DNA from: an uncultured Myxococcales bacterium
GTDB taxonomy: Bacteria > Myxococcota_A > UBA9042
DNA: 64,000 bases
Direction: 5' to 3'
Assembly: GCA_903919145.1 (NCBI GenBank)
Contig: CAIXGW010000036.1
Span: 13,314-77,313 of the forward strand
How positions within the stretch are numbered: position 1 is the first letter of the stretch; each line of letters begins with the position of its first letter. Made by a program: the position numbers and the translations under genes. Below, piece by piece: positions 16,201 through 24,992 of this stretch. The notes beneath the pieces were generated by a model that saw nothing but the letters and a program-made list of their open reading frames with translations, was not told where the DNA came from and ran no database searches.

Positions 16201-17129
16201 GCCAGCTTGACCAGCAGCCGCTGCCAGCCCGGCCGCAGTACCGCCGCCGCATGGTCGACCGCCGGCAGCGCCACAACCGCGGGGTCAATGCCGTAGGTCT
16301 CAGGCTTGGCGGCGATGCCCGGAAGGTCCTTGCCTTGGGCCGCGAGCTCCTTGCCCCCCAGCCACAGCCGCGCCGGCCCATCGATGCCCAGCTGGATCGT
16401 GACCGGCCCGGCCTGGTCTGCCCGCTCAGGCCTGATCCAGCTCTGCACATAGATCAAGGCGTCGTCGGGGCGGTCGACCAATTCGTCCAGCATTACTGTG
16501 GTTTCTGGTAGGGTCCCCCTCTGGTTCTCTGCCGTCAGGCCCTGCCCATGGCCGCGCGGCACGGCTTGCCAGCTCACCGGGCCCTGGCGACCGCGCCAGC
16601 TGGATTGCGGCGTCGCGGCCGGGCGCTGCATCGCCTCTGCCTCGACCTCAGCCACCCGCGCCAGCGCTGTGCCGTGCTCGTCGCCAAACGGCCCCAGCCA
16701 GCTCAGCGCCGTCACTTGGCCCAACTGGCCGCCGCGGGGCGCTCGCACCTGCTCTGCCAGTCGCTGCACCATGGCCAGCGCCGGCGAGTGGACCATGGCC
16801 GCGTGGTGGGCCCAGTCCGCCTGCAATTCACTCAGGGCCTGCTTGAATTGCGCCGGAGGCACCAGCGGCATCAGCCGGGCCAGCTCCAGGGCGCCGGCCA
16901 GACTGGCGGCCGGGTCGGGACTCCGCCCTTTGGCACCAGATCCGGTCAAGGCGGCGACCAGCTGCCCCAGCCGCAGCTGCTCGGTGGAGGCCAGAGGCTG
17001 CTCCGTTTTGGCCAATACCTCTATTTTCTTGGCATTTGCCGCAGCGGCCAGCCCTGCAACGGCCAGCCAACCAACAGCGGCAGCGGCCAGCCAGGCGAGC
17101 TTGGGCGGGCGGGTGGATCTTGGAGTCAT
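13272..17129 (-). CDS. large secreted protein: TPR region + DUF3857-like + transglutaminase-like cysteine protease core
   Basis: 1285 aa with a signal peptide. Core RQFGDCKDKATLIAALLGELGIDAEVALVRT...FNHAIAWVPALGWWLDAT gives the Cys-His-Asp arrangement of transglutaminase-like enzymes (Cys codon 14196-14198). 4-nt overlaps with both neighbours. Confidence 0.85.
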   Translation of the reverse strand: MTPRSTRPPKLAWLAAAAVGWLAVAGLAAAANAKKIEVLAKTEQPLASTEQLRLGQLVAALTGSGAKGRSPDPAASLAGALELARLMPLVPPAQFKQALSELQADWAHHAAMVHSPALAMVQRLAEQVRAPRGGQLGQVTALSWLGPFGDEHGTALARVAEVEAEAMQRPAATPQSSWRGRQGPVSWQAVPRGHGQGLTAENQRGTLPETTVMLDELVDRPDDALIYVQSWIRPERADQAGPVTIQLGIDGPARLWLGGKELAAQGKDLPGIAAKPETYGIDPAVVALPAVDHAAAVLRPGWQRLLVKLAPAGASLPLSIRVLDAKGAPLAVESAALPVGASAVAGEDPPPVAAEPDRVAGLRWAENSPLQGELAAALLQMAWHGWPMPQPLEERLLALDVADLPALPHLAVAHALLPGEAGDRVARLAAWRQRLPAEVTLLVAHARALDQAGQTTEAHRQWQQWAEQTGRQAELESVDACRTRVAIWSHMAADRAANGLLLQCLQKWPTVPRLLRDRAHRLAAAEQWRAAADLHARAVQLLDVPETRGEWVTALAEAGQLAKAELEAAKLLQMAPLRTRLWENLARYRLQDGELSMAQALLLRVPPGQRRTQWHDLAGQLAQRQGQRQEAVVHLRIATALSPQRSDLRARLQLLAQGSAFYAEARRDLLAMVQRERSQPRTHAVEIRLRQTLMHSLGNGQQARYEAEVWYLGPGAPGSHQSEIDYAPSLSEASVLQAVVVRADGRIERQVSQAVDRFTEDASGMYFDLERLTLTFQNLRPGDAVVIEHAVHDLAPAPFGLVFGELVPLSDVVPVRETQVAIRLPQGMALHAKVRDHAQPDQNFLPEIKTVGRADEGGPWQQWSWTLGPFAAAAADVQGPGATELLAYLHASSFGGWPEVVQWYQGLLREALPARGTDPLLRELAARLTQGKQTTEAKVRAVYDYARSQVRYVGLEFGIHSIKPHSAREVAQRQFGDCKDKATLIAALLGELGIDAEVALVRTADHGQLSDGIASLGVFNHAIAWVPALGWWLDATATHHGPLELPTGDTGGMALRIRPRGAKLESLPTADFANELDQSTAELRLDGQGGATLHWSGQWRGLAAAMARQLLATSARKDKLESEIAERWPSLQATQVQVSGVDPQADTVTAQLDGRLTAWGQRQGSDWLLAPKRPQRPWQEVLARAETRQVALVLEAPIHETETVRLLLPPGWRAQNLPAHQKLQWQGCRFELQAQPVGGGVQLIHQLEIPQVRVSAAAYPEFRAWLAQVDAALRTEIAVGPEVAP
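16476..16523 (-). repeat. element-related sequence, copy L (in frame inside the transglutaminase-like CDS)
   Basis: CAGAGGGGGACCCTACCAGAAACCACAGTAATGCTGGACGAATTGGTC. A 14-mer AGAGGGGGACCCTA is shared with B. AATTGG at +27..+32 as in E and F. In-frame ATG at +17. Confidence 0.45.
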
Positions 17130-18895
17130 TTCACCGCGACCTTGAGGAATTGCAGGCGCTTGCTAGCATACTGGTACAACTCTTGCACCCGCTGCAGGTA
17201 TTCGCCGTTGGACGAGCGCTTGCGCGGATCGGCCAGCAGGTCGGCAGCCATAAGGCAGAAAGCATGGTCAATCCGTGGCTTTAGGTAGGCCGGATCCAGC
17301 ATCTTGACCGCCAGATCCATCGCCAGCGCCGCCCACTGCTCTCGCCACGGCGGGTGGTCCAGCGCCCGGTACATCTGGTTGTAGAAGCCCTCATCGACCT
17401 TGTAGCTGCCCTTGTTCGGCAAAAGAGCTGTAAAAATAGTCTCATCCAGCACGTCGTTTTGCGGCGTCCACAGATGGCCCCAGGTCACGTCCAGATCCCA
17501 CGGCAGAAACATCCATCGGTCATCGATGGTCGCCGGGTTGCGGTACATGTAGTAGTTCTTGCGCAGGTGCTCTTGGTTCTGCAGCACGGTCATCACGGCG
17601 GCAAAGGCCAGCCAATCGCCGACTTTGACGTGGCGATCCAGCTGAGCGGCCAGTTGGCTAGTTGGCAGCTGCAGTACCCGCTCAATCAGGTCGCGCAGAT
17701 CGTCGTAGGGCTTGGCGCCAGAGTGCTTGGCATAGACCTGCGGGTACACGTCAGGCGGATACAGCGGAGTCAGGTTGCCGCCGGGGATGGCCAGCTCGTT
17801 GGGAGGATCGGCCTCATACAGGGCGCCGTTGGGGTTGAGGCCGCGGCGCTTGAGGTAGGTCGCGTCCAAGCGTTCCACTTGCAGCATCACGCCATAGAAG
17901 CGCTGGTTGACCCGCAGATGGACAAAACGGGTCTGCGGCGTCGGCAACCAGGTGAAGTCGCGGATCGCCTGGTAGGAAAGCCAAGTGCGCAGCTGGGTTT
18001 TGTCAATGTATTCACTGCGCAGGATCAGATCGGCGCTGCCATCGCTCAGCGTGGTGCCCTTGGCCAGCTTGACGCGAAAAGAGCGCTTGACCAGGTCTGA
18101 GCTGGTGGCGCCGTGCAGCCGGACCTGGGCGCCCTGGTAGGTGTTGCCGTCCACCTGCAGCGAACAAGGGTAGTAGTCGCGGAGGTAGGGATTATCTAGC
18201 AAAGACTCCCAGTTAGAGGGCGTCAGCTGCAGGGTCACCACGGGCAGGTGGCTGGCATACGCAAAGAACCAGTGGTGGCCTTCGCGGCCATCGTGAAACT
18301 GGGCGGTCAGCTTGTGCGGGCCCGGTGTGTCAAATCGCACCTCCACGCTGCCCTGGCCCCCTGCCAGGTCGGTCGTTTGGGTAACGGTGGTGCCCGCATC
18401 GCCGCTGATCTGCAGCGGGCCCTGGGCCGCAGTGTCCAAGGTGGCCGCCCCGGGCAAGATGGCGTAGGTCTGCATTCGCTCGACGTGGCCCAGCAGGACC
18501 ATGTCGGCGTCGGTCTCAATGCCAATGTTGCCGTCTGGGATCGGCAGGACGGGCAGGGCAAAGGCCTGGTCAAGCCCAGCCAGCGTCTGCGTACAAGCCT
18601 GCGGCAGGGTGGGTGCCACGGCTGGCGCTACGGCGTCGGCAGCCCACGGCGGCGCAGTGTCGATTTTACCAGTGTCTTCTTGGGTTTCTGCGGCGTCGGT
18701 CGGCAGGTCGCCGGCTGTAGCTGCATCAGTCGCCGCCGCGGGACCTTCCGTGCAGCCTGCAGCCAGCACCAGCGCCACCAGCAACCCCAGCAGGCCTGGC
18801 CATCCCGGCAAGCGCTGCAGCCGTGCGTCGCTCCGCCGATCCAGCTGGCGCGCCACGCCACCGCTGTGGCACTGCTGGCGGTCTGGGACGGGCAT
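17126..18895 (-). CDS. CotH-family protein kinase-like lipoprotein
   Basis: Lipobox LVLAAGC. FRVKLAKGTTL...LILRSEYIDKTQLRTWLSYQAI...VHLRVNQRFYGVMLQVERLDATYLKRRGLNPNGALYEADPP...KNYYMYRNP...WMFLPWDLDVTWGH are the CotH signature blocks as I remember them. Confidence 0.85.
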   Translation of the reverse strand: MPVPDRQQCHSGGVARQLDRRSDARLQRLPGWPGLLGLLVALVLAAGCTEGPAAATDAATAGDLPTDAAETQEDTGKIDTAPPWAADAVAPAVAPTLPQACTQTLAGLDQAFALPVLPIPDGNIGIETDADMVLLGHVERMQTYAILPGAATLDTAAQGPLQISGDAGTTVTQTTDLAGGQGSVEVRFDTPGPHKLTAQFHDGREGHHWFFAYASHLPVVTLQLTPSNWESLLDNPYLRDYYPCSLQVDGNTYQGAQVRLHGATSSDLVKRSFRVKLAKGTTLSDGSADLILRSEYIDKTQLRTWLSYQAIRDFTWLPTPQTRFVHLRVNQRFYGVMLQVERLDATYLKRRGLNPNGALYEADPPNELAIPGGNLTPLYPPDVYPQVYAKHSGAKPYDDLRDLIERVLQLPTSQLAAQLDRHVKVGDWLAFAAVMTVLQNQEHLRKNYYMYRNPATIDDRWMFLPWDLDVTWGHLWTPQNDVLDETIFTALLPNKGSYKVDEGFYNQMYRALDHPPWREQWAALAMDLAVKMLDPAYLKPRIDHAFCLMAADLLADPRKRSSNGEYLQRVQELYQYASKRLQFLKVAVK

Positions 18896-19013
18896 GCGCG
18901 GGCCTCGCGGCCGCTGTGGACCGTGGATTCAAGATACCGCTTCGCCGTCGGCCGTCAAACTTGCTGCGCCCGCAGTCCGGCACCGCTGCTGGGCCTAAGA
19001 GGTTTGGGCGGAT

Positions 19014-20204
19014 CTACTGCGCCGGGCGGACCTGGCTCCACGCCCAGTCGATCCACGGCAACAGCGCCGCGACGTCGGCCGTTTCGACGGTGGCGCCGCA
19101 CCAGATCCTCAGGCCGGCGGGGGCGTCGCGGTAGGAGCCCAGATCAAAGCCAGCTTTCTCTTTCTCCAGCAGGCTGACGACCTGCTTGGCCGCGGCCTGC
19201 TGGCCGGCTTCATCCAGGGCTTGAAACCACGGGTCGCTGAAGATCAGGCACACCGAGGTGCAGGACCGCACCGCCGGGTCGCTGGCCAGGAAGTCGACGT
19301 AGGGCGACCGGGCCACCCACTGGGCCACCGCCGCCAAGTTGGCCTCGCTGCGGGCAATTAGCCCAGGCAGCCCGCCGACCGACTCGGCCCAGCGCAGCCC
19401 GTCCAGGGCATCTTCGACGGCCAGCATCGACGGGGTGTTGATGGTCTCGCCCTCAAAGAGGCCGGCCGTCAGCTTGCCACCGCTAGTCATCCGAAAGATC
19501 TTGGGCATCGGCCACGGCGGCGAATAGGTCAGCAGCCGCTCGACCGCGCGCGGGCTCAGCGCCAACATGCCGTGGGCCCCCTCTCCGCCCAGGACCTTCT
19601 GCCAACTCCACGTCACTACGTCCAATTTTCGCCAGGGCAGCTCCATGGCAAACGCCGCGCTGGTCGCGTCGCACAGGGTCAACCCGCTGCGATCGTCGCG
19701 GATCCAGTCGCCATTGGGCGCGCGCACCCCGGCTGTGGTGCCATTCCAGGTAAAGACGATGTCGCGGTCCGGCGCAGTCTGGCCCAAGTCCGGCAGCTGA
19801 CCGTAAGGGGCCGTCAGGGTCCGCACGTCCTTGATCTTGAGCTGCTTTAGGATATCGTTCTGCCAGCCCTGGCCAAACGCCTCCCAGTGCACCGCATCCA
19901 CGCCACGCGGGCCCAGCAGCGACCACATCGCCATCTCGACGGCGCCCGTGTCGGAGGCCGGCACGATGCCGAGCAGGTAGTCCTCTGGAATTCCAAGCAG
20001 CGTCTTGGATCGGTCGATCACTTCCTTGAGCTTGCTCTTGCCGATCTTGGCGCGGTGAGAGCGGCCAATCGCAGCGTCTTTGAGGGCCTGCAGGGACCAG
20101 CCCGGTCGCTTGGCACACGGCCCCGACGAGAAGCACGGGTTGTTTGGAGTCACAGAAGGCTTGGACACGACAGGCATCGTCATCGCTTGGGTCCTTGGCG
20201 GCAC
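19014..20204 (-). CDS. serC: phosphoserine aminotransferase (long, actinobacterial/archaeal-type)
   Basis: [16 protein letters not shown]...[17 protein letters not shown]...[24 protein letters not shown]...[29 protein letters not shown] is typical of SerC. The start could be the internal MTMPV (20183). Confidence 0.85.
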   Translation of the reverse strand: MPPRTQAMTMPVVSKPSVTPNNPCFSSGPCAKRPGWSLQALKDAAIGRSHRAKIGKSKLKEVIDRSKTLLGIPEDYLLGIVPASDTGAVEMAMWSLLGPRGVDAVHWEAFGQGWQNDILKQLKIKDVRTLTAPYGQLPDLGQTAPDRDIVFTWNGTTAGVRAPNGDWIRDDRSGLTLCDATSAAFAMELPWRKLDVVTWSWQKVLGGEGAHGMLALSPRAVERLLTYSPPWPMPKIFRMTSGGKLTAGLFEGETINTPSMLAVEDALDGLRWAESVGGLPGLIARSEANLAAVAQWVARSPYVDFLASDPAVRSCTSVCLIFSDPWFQALDEAGQQAAAKQVVSLLEKEKAGFDLGSYRDAPAGLRIWCGATVETADVAALLPWIDWAWSQVRPAQ

Positions 20205-20308
20205 TGACCGCGGCTTGGCCCGCTGGCAAGGATCTCTCGCCTTGGGGTCTGGCAGCGGATGGTGCGCTGGCCGCGTTGAGGAATCAACCCGGCGCTGTCA
20301 CGGGCCTG

Positions 20309-20340
20309 TCCCCGTCTCGACCCGCTCCCCGTTTCGACCC
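20309..20340 (-). repeat. two tandem 15-mers upstream of serC
   Basis: + strand TCCCCGTCTCGACCC (20309-20323) and TCCCCGTTTCGACCC (20326-20340), one mismatch, 17-nt period. 105-135 nt upstream of the annotated serC start. Confidence 0.6.
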
Positions 20341-20360
20341 TGTCCCTGCTGTAGCCGGCC

Positions 20361-21425
20361 TCAAGCGCGCAGCTGCACCACCGGAATTCGCGGGCCAATG
20401 GTGACATCCACGTCGACCAGCCCCCAGTACAGCTCGCCATCGATGCACGGGTCGACGGTGTAGCCGGCCTTGGGCACGATGCGCACGCTGTGGGCCGAGT
20501 GCTGAACAAACCTATCGAAACTCAATGGCTTTCCCGTGGTCATGCGCGGCAGATTGCGCAGGATGTCCAGGGGGCCTGGGTCACCGCACTGCACGTGCAG
20601 GGCTGCGCCACTCTTGGCGTAGGGAAAAAACCTAAAAACATTGGCAAGGTTGATGTCAATGGCCCCAATCTCCAGGTCGCGGAACACTTCAAAGGGCACC
20701 AGCTCGCCATCGACCCAGACCTGCGCAGGCAGCGGCTCAAACACCGACTCGCCAAAGTAGCGAAAATCCACTGGCAGGGGCAGCCATTTGAGCGGTCCGA
20801 CCCGCGAGGCCTGCGAAGCCAAGATCTTGCCAACCAGATAGGCGATGCCGACCGCGTCTTGGCGGTCGTGGGCGTAGAACTTGTCAAAGAAGCGCTGCGC
20901 CACGCCTGCCATGGCCCCGGCAAAGCCAATCTTTTCAAAGTGCCTGCCCGGCAGATCCGCATCCGGGCCGTAGGTGCCGGCGGTGCGGAAGGTCGGTAGC
21001 TCGACCACCGATGGCGCCTCGCCGCGGTTGAGCACCTGGGCCAGCCGCGGCAGCAGCTGGTCGCAGTGACCCACCACCTCTGCCTTTCTACCTATAAAAT
21101 CAATAGTCCCGGCATTGGTCGGCAGGATCGCCGGCCAGCGCGTGTCGCCGCGCTCGCGCAGCACCTGGTCGGTCACGTTCATGAGCCAGTGAAACGCGCC
21201 GTCGCCGCCGTCCGCTACCAGGTACGGCACGCCCAGGTCCAGAAACTCGCGCACGACCTCGGCAATTGCGCTGACGTCTTTGGTCCGGCGCACCAGGCCA
21301 AGGGGGCCCAGCACTTCGCGCATCCGCTCATACCGGCCTGGATTCAGGCGGTTCTTGCGCGAGTTTGGGTTGGTGACTACGCCTACCTGCGGTCCTGCCA
21401 TCGCCCCTCCTGTTCCGTGATCCAC
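20361..21425 (-). CDS. diacylglycerol/lipid kinase-like (ATP-NAD kinase fold) protein
   Basis: VGVVTNPNSRKNR...VPYLVADGGDGAFHWLMNV contains the GGDG motif of the DAGK/NAD-kinase catalytic domain. Confidence 0.6.
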   Translation of the reverse strand: MDHGTGGAMAGPQVGVVTNPNSRKNRLNPGRYERMREVLGPLGLVRRTKDVSAIAEVVREFLDLGVPYLVADGGDGAFHWLMNVTDQVLRERGDTRWPAILPTNAGTIDFIGRKAEVVGHCDQLLPRLAQVLNRGEAPSVVELPTFRTAGTYGPDADLPGRHFEKIGFAGAMAGVAQRFFDKFYAHDRQDAVGIAYLVGKILASQASRVGPLKWLPLPVDFRYFGESVFEPLPAQVWVDGELVPFEVFRDLEIGAIDINLANVFRFFPYAKSGAALHVQCGDPGPLDILRNLPRMTTGKPLSFDRFVQHSAHSVRIVPKAGYTVDPCIDGELYWGLVDVDVTIGPRIPVVQLRA

Positions 21426-21471
21426 GGCATTTGTGCGGTGGAATCAGCCTTTGCAGAGCAACCCCTGCGCG

Positions 21472-22413
21472 TCAAACGAGTTGCATCTGCCTGGCCGGCC
21501 GCAGCAGCCAGGTCTCCACGCCAAGGTTTTCCAGCCGAAGGGCCAGCGCGCTGGCGCCCGGGTGATCCTCGGCGTCATCCTGCAGCAGCGCCCACGTGGC
21601 GGCGGTTTGCGCGATCGCTGTGTCAATTTGCTGGCCTACAGCTGTCCTGCGAAAAGCCAGCGCCCGCTCTGCCGCCGGGGGCGGAGTGCGCAACGGGTCG
21701 TGCAGGGCCCACTGGGCGGCGGCCGTGGTGGCTTCTTGGCGGGTGGCGACTCGCAGCTGCGGCGCTTTGCCGCCCGTCGACCGCCGCGGGGCTGGGGCTC
21801 CAGGGCTCAGCCAGCCCCAGGCTCGCCGCAGCGGGGCAGAAAGCTGGACGCTCAACTCAGGCAGGTGGGCCAGCAGCTGCTGCAGAGCCCATGCGCCCAA
21901 AAAGGCATCATCGACAGTCAGTTGGATGGGGCGATCGCCCAGCGCTGCAGCCAGCTCCAGCAGCCACTGCTGCAGCTGCGCCGGAGCCGTCCAGGCCAGG
22001 TGGCCGGCGCTGGCGTCGAGCAGGACCCCCTGCGCCTCGCGAAATTCGCCCTGGACCACCCCCGGCAGCGCCTCCGCGGCAAAATGCCGAGCGTCCAGCA
22101 CCGTCTGCCCGTGCAGATGCAGGCGGAGCATCGCCGCTGCGGGCGAGCTACCTGCGGGCAAGAGTGCCACGGCTAACTTGCCTAATTGAAATGGTTTTCC
22201 CCAAGGCGGCGTCAGGCAGGTGCCCTCGCCCGGGATGGCGGCTGCCACGCCGCTGCTGCACAGCGCGCGCGAGCGGACCCGGCGTCGGTCATCAAAATCA
22301 GCCACAAAACCAACGCGTTGTCGCGTGTCGCCGTCTAGCGACAGCCGGGCTTCTGCTATCTGCCAGCCGCGGGGGCCTGCTCGAACACCGTATTTTTGCT
22401 CAACAATCTGCAA
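21472..22413 (-). CDS. hypothetical protein
   Basis: 313 aa with balanced composition (D, E, Q, W present), unlike the Arg/Pro-rich overlapping plus-strand frames. In an operon context between the kinase-like gene and the AgmX-like gene. No motif recognised. Confidence 0.45.
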   Translation of the reverse strand: MQIVEQKYGVRAGPRGWQIAEARLSLDGDTRQRVGFVADFDDRRRVRSRALCSSGVAAAIPGEGTCLTPPWGKPFQLGKLAVALLPAGSSPAAAMLRLHLHGQTVLDARHFAAEALPGVVQGEFREAQGVLLDASAGHLAWTAPAQLQQWLLELAAALGDRPIQLTVDDAFLGAWALQQLLAHLPELSVQLSAPLRRAWGWLSPGAPAPRRSTGGKAPQLRVATRQEATTAAAQWALHDPLRTPPPAAERALAFRRTAVGQQIDTAIAQTAATWALLQDDAEDHPGASALALRLENLGVETWLLRPARQMQLV

Positions 22414-22492
22414 ATTCGCCTGACCTCTCCTGCCTCAGAAGCGCATCTGCGGCGGCGCGAGAGCATGCCAGACTGGGCCGCCAAGCGTAAGA

Positions 22493-24310
22493 TCAGCCGC
22501 CCTTAGAGAACACGTAGGACTGGCTGAACGTCTGCGGCGCCGGCAACAGCGGCAGGCCGCGGATGGCAGAGAACTTGGCCTTGATGCAGTCAGAGAACTT
22601 GCCGGAAGCGCCGGACACGCTGACATCGGTGACCGTGCCCTCGGTGCCGACGGTAAAGGTGACCTTGACCTTGCCGCCTTCGTCCGGGTTGTCGCGCAGG
22701 GCTTCCTCATAGCAGCGCTGAACAGCTGAGTTTTTGCGCGAAATGACCTTGCCGACTTCGGCCTTGTTTTCACCCGGGCCATCCACGCCGCCCGAGCTCA
22801 GCTTGACCGAGACCGCGGCTTCTTTCTTCTCGCCGCCGGTATCCTTGACTTCGTCGGCCTTGCGGTCGCCAAACCCCTTGCCCGCGGTGCCCGCCTTGAC
22901 CTTCTCTACGGTGCCGCCACCGGATGACCCGGCGAGCTTGACGCCGCCAGCGCCCGGCCCCTTGCCTTCGCCACCGCTGCCAGCACCGCTGTCGCCGCCA
23001 AAGGTCTTGGCCACCACCTCGCCGGCTTCGCCTTCGGCCGCTTCGCCAAACAGCTTGGTGGCGCCGCCGCCTTGGGGGCCGCCAAAAGCGCCGGCGATGG
23101 TCTTGGTCTCAATGTTTGCGCGGGCCTGGCGCTTGGCCTCATCCGGGTCTGCCTGTTTCTCGCCCAGCGACGCCGGCTTGTCCGCCTTGCCCGTGTCAGC
23201 CTTGGGCGCGTCCTTGGGCTTTTCCTTGTCTTTCTCAGCCTTGTCGGCTTTCTCTTTGACCGCTTCAGGCACGATGTCGGTGGTCGGCTTCTTCTCTTCC
23301 TCAGGCTCTGGTGGTGGTTCCTTGACCTCTTCTTTGATCTCTACCACCACTTCGTAGGTCGTTTTGGCGGTCTCCTCGCCGGCTTTGGCGCCACCCAGAA
23401 AGCGGTTGGTCGACTTCTCAAAGTACTGGGCCTGGAACACTAGCCCCAAGATGAACAACAGCGAGACGGAGAATGAAATCCACCAGGCTGGCTCGCCCAG
23501 AATCCCTGCAACTACACTTTCTGGAAGCGATTTTTTGGTGATGACCGGCACAGTGACCGACTGCTTGACCACCTGGAACACCAAGATGTGCGCGCCCAAA
23601 GTGGCCCGACCGCGCGTGCCCAAGCTCAGGTGGCAGACCACGTCATTGCCTTCTTGGCGCGCCTTGCCCTTGGCCTGCAGATCCTTGAGTTCCGTCGGCG
23701 CGCCATCCACTGCCAGGCGCACCTTCATGGCCGCTGGCGCGCGCATGGTGACGCTACCATCCTTATGATTCTCAAATGAAATTGCGGGGCCCTGGTAGTC
23801 CTCTTCGGGCAGCACAATCGTGCAGTCGCGGGTGGTGCCGACCGAGACCCGCTTGGTGTCCGGGAAGATCCGTTCGTCAATGAGGCGCTCTTCAAAGACC
23901 AGCCCTAGGCGCAGCACAGTGCGTTCGCGGGTGATCATCGGGTGGCTGTCGCCCCGCACGAACTGGAACATGACCGTGACGTCGCCCTGGCTGACTGAGC
24001 CGCCGGCTACCTCATCGATCGGGATGGCGCGCTTGCCCTTGACTGTCTGAACGTCGTTGGTGCTGGCAGCGCCGCGAAGGTTGACGCGCGCGCTCTGATC
24101 TGCCGGCACGACCAGAAAGAAACGTCGGCCGTCGCAGACTAGAAAGTCAATAAACTCAGGGAAGTCTGGGTGAAGCTTGGGCGCGATGTGGATCGTCGAG
24201 CCGGCGCGGCGGCCAATCGAGACGTCAATCTTCCGATCGAACTGCTCTTCATGAATGATGCTGCCTCGGTACACGATGCCCAGGCGCAAGTTGCGGTTGG
24301 CAGTACTCAT
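22493..24310 (-). CDS. AgmX/PglI C-terminal domain protein (TonB-C-like), with duplicated N-terminal domain, TM segment and Lys/Glu/Pro-rich linker
   Basis: C-terminus VISRKNSAVQRCYEEALRDNPDEGGKVKVTFTVGTEGTVTDVSVSGASGKFSDCIKAKFSAIRGLP matches the AgmX/PglI C-terminal domain typical of Myxococcota. Two N-terminal repeats: LRLGIVYRGSIIHEEQF...IGRRAGSTIHI and LRLGLVFEERLIDERIF...VGTTRDCTIVLP. Confidence 0.75.
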   Translation of the reverse strand: MSTANRNLRLGIVYRGSIIHEEQFDRKIDVSIGRRAGSTIHIAPKLHPDFPEFIDFLVCDGRRFFLVVPADQSARVNLRGAASTNDVQTVKGKRAIPIDEVAGGSVSQGDVTVMFQFVRGDSHPMITRERTVLRLGLVFEERLIDERIFPDTKRVSVGTTRDCTIVLPEEDYQGPAISFENHKDGSVTMRAPAAMKVRLAVDGAPTELKDLQAKGKARQEGNDVVCHLSLGTRGRATLGAHILVFQVVKQSVTVPVITKKSLPESVVAGILGEPAWWISFSVSLLFILGLVFQAQYFEKSTNRFLGGAKAGEETAKTTYEVVVEIKEEVKEPPPEPEEEKKPTTDIVPEAVKEKADKAEKDKEKPKDAPKADTGKADKPASLGEKQADPDEAKRQARANIETKTIAGAFGGPQGGGATKLFGEAAEGEAGEVVAKTFGGDSGAGSGGEGKGPGAGGVKLAGSSGGGTVEKVKAGTAGKGFGDRKADEVKDTGGEKKEAAVSVKLSSGGVDGPGENKAEVGKVISRKNSAVQRCYEEALRDNPDEGGKVKVTFTVGTEGTVTDVSVSGASGKFSDCIKAKFSAIRGLPLLPAPQTFSQSYVFSKGG

Positions 24311-24837
24311 GCAGTCCTCATCAGCGTCTTGTGCGCCCGGTTTGAAGGGGCCCGGCTGCTGCCGGTCTAACTATTGTGCTTCCCGCACAGACCGATTGCG
24401 ACACAGGTGGTAATCGCTCCCTGCCGCTTTGCCTTCTGGGGCACTTCCGAGCTCTCGGCGATCTGTTGGCGCCCCGGCCCGGCACAAGCCGGCAGCCGAC
24501 GTCCACAAGTCTGCGCCCCTCGGTTTGGACCCTAAAGCAGCAAATCGCTCATGTCAATCTGCACCCGCAACCGCTGCTGGACGAGCGCCAGATCGAAAGC
24601 GCCGGAACCACTGGCCATGTCCCGCGGCGGGTGGCCGGCCCCTCTCCCTGCGGCGCTGCCCAGACAACTGGCCACAACCCTTCACGTCTGGGCTCCATCT
24701 TTGCGCCGGTGGACCGCGGTTGCCCCCGTCACGCTTGCTCTGGCTTGGTAGGCGCGCCGTTGCCGTGGCGTGCCCCCCTGCGCTTTGGCCCTCGCCTGCA
24801 GGATCTGGTCGATCGTCCGCTGACCGCAGCCGGACCT

Positions 24838-24897
24838 GACCCAGATCAACCGGACTCGACCCAGATCAACGGGGGCTGACCCAATGTTATGGCCGCT
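24838..24897 (+). repeat. three tandem 20-nt units, each starting GACCCA[G/A]AT; the third unit is the core of element copy C
   Basis: GACCCAGATCAACCGGACTC / GACCCAGATCAACGGGGGCT / GACCCAATGTTATGGCCGCT at 24838, 24858 and 24878 (exact 20-nt period). A degenerate fourth unit, GACCGCAGCCGGACCT, lies at 24822. Confidence 0.7.
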
Positions 24898-24917
24898 TAG
24901 AGAAAGAGCAATTGCCC
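24871..24917 (+). repeat. dispersed element, copy C (upstream of the Y1 transposase gene)
   Basis: GGGGGCTGACCCAATGTTATGGCCGCTTAGAGAAAGAGCAATTGCCC. AATTG at +27..+31, as in E, F and L. Confidence 0.7.
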
Positions 24918-24955
24918 GCTGAGGTGGTCGCCTCCAGGATGTCCCTCTCCTTGGC

Positions 24956-24992
24956 ACCGCTGCAGCGCCAACTATTTTCGCGGTGCAGCGGT
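24956..24992 (+). other. imperfect hairpin between element copy C and the transposase start
   Basis: ACCGCTGCA-g-CGC-(11 nt)-GCG-g-TGCAGCGGT: a 9-bp perfect outer stem plus a 3-bp inner stem. Confidence 0.55.

Noticed and set aside
19561-19586. AGAGGGGGCCCACGGCATGTTGGC inside serC as another element copy
   Set aside because: It needs a 4-nt insertion to align, lacks the downstream offset features, and lies in a conserved enzyme segment ([11 protein letters not shown]). It is not distinguishable from chance. Several other GGGGG-CCC hits are simply Gly-Gly-Pro codons.
21066-22490. 474-aa plus-strand ORF
   Set aside because: It has Arg/Pro/Ala-rich shadow-frame composition and spans two minus-strand genes and their intergenic gap.
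24951-24967. Sigma-54-like TGGCAC-N5-cAGC upstream of the transposase gene
   Set aside because: The GG-N10-GC spacing is present but the -12 element is poor (CAGC instead of TTGC). The sequence is part of the hairpin arm, and no enhancer-binding-protein context is evident.
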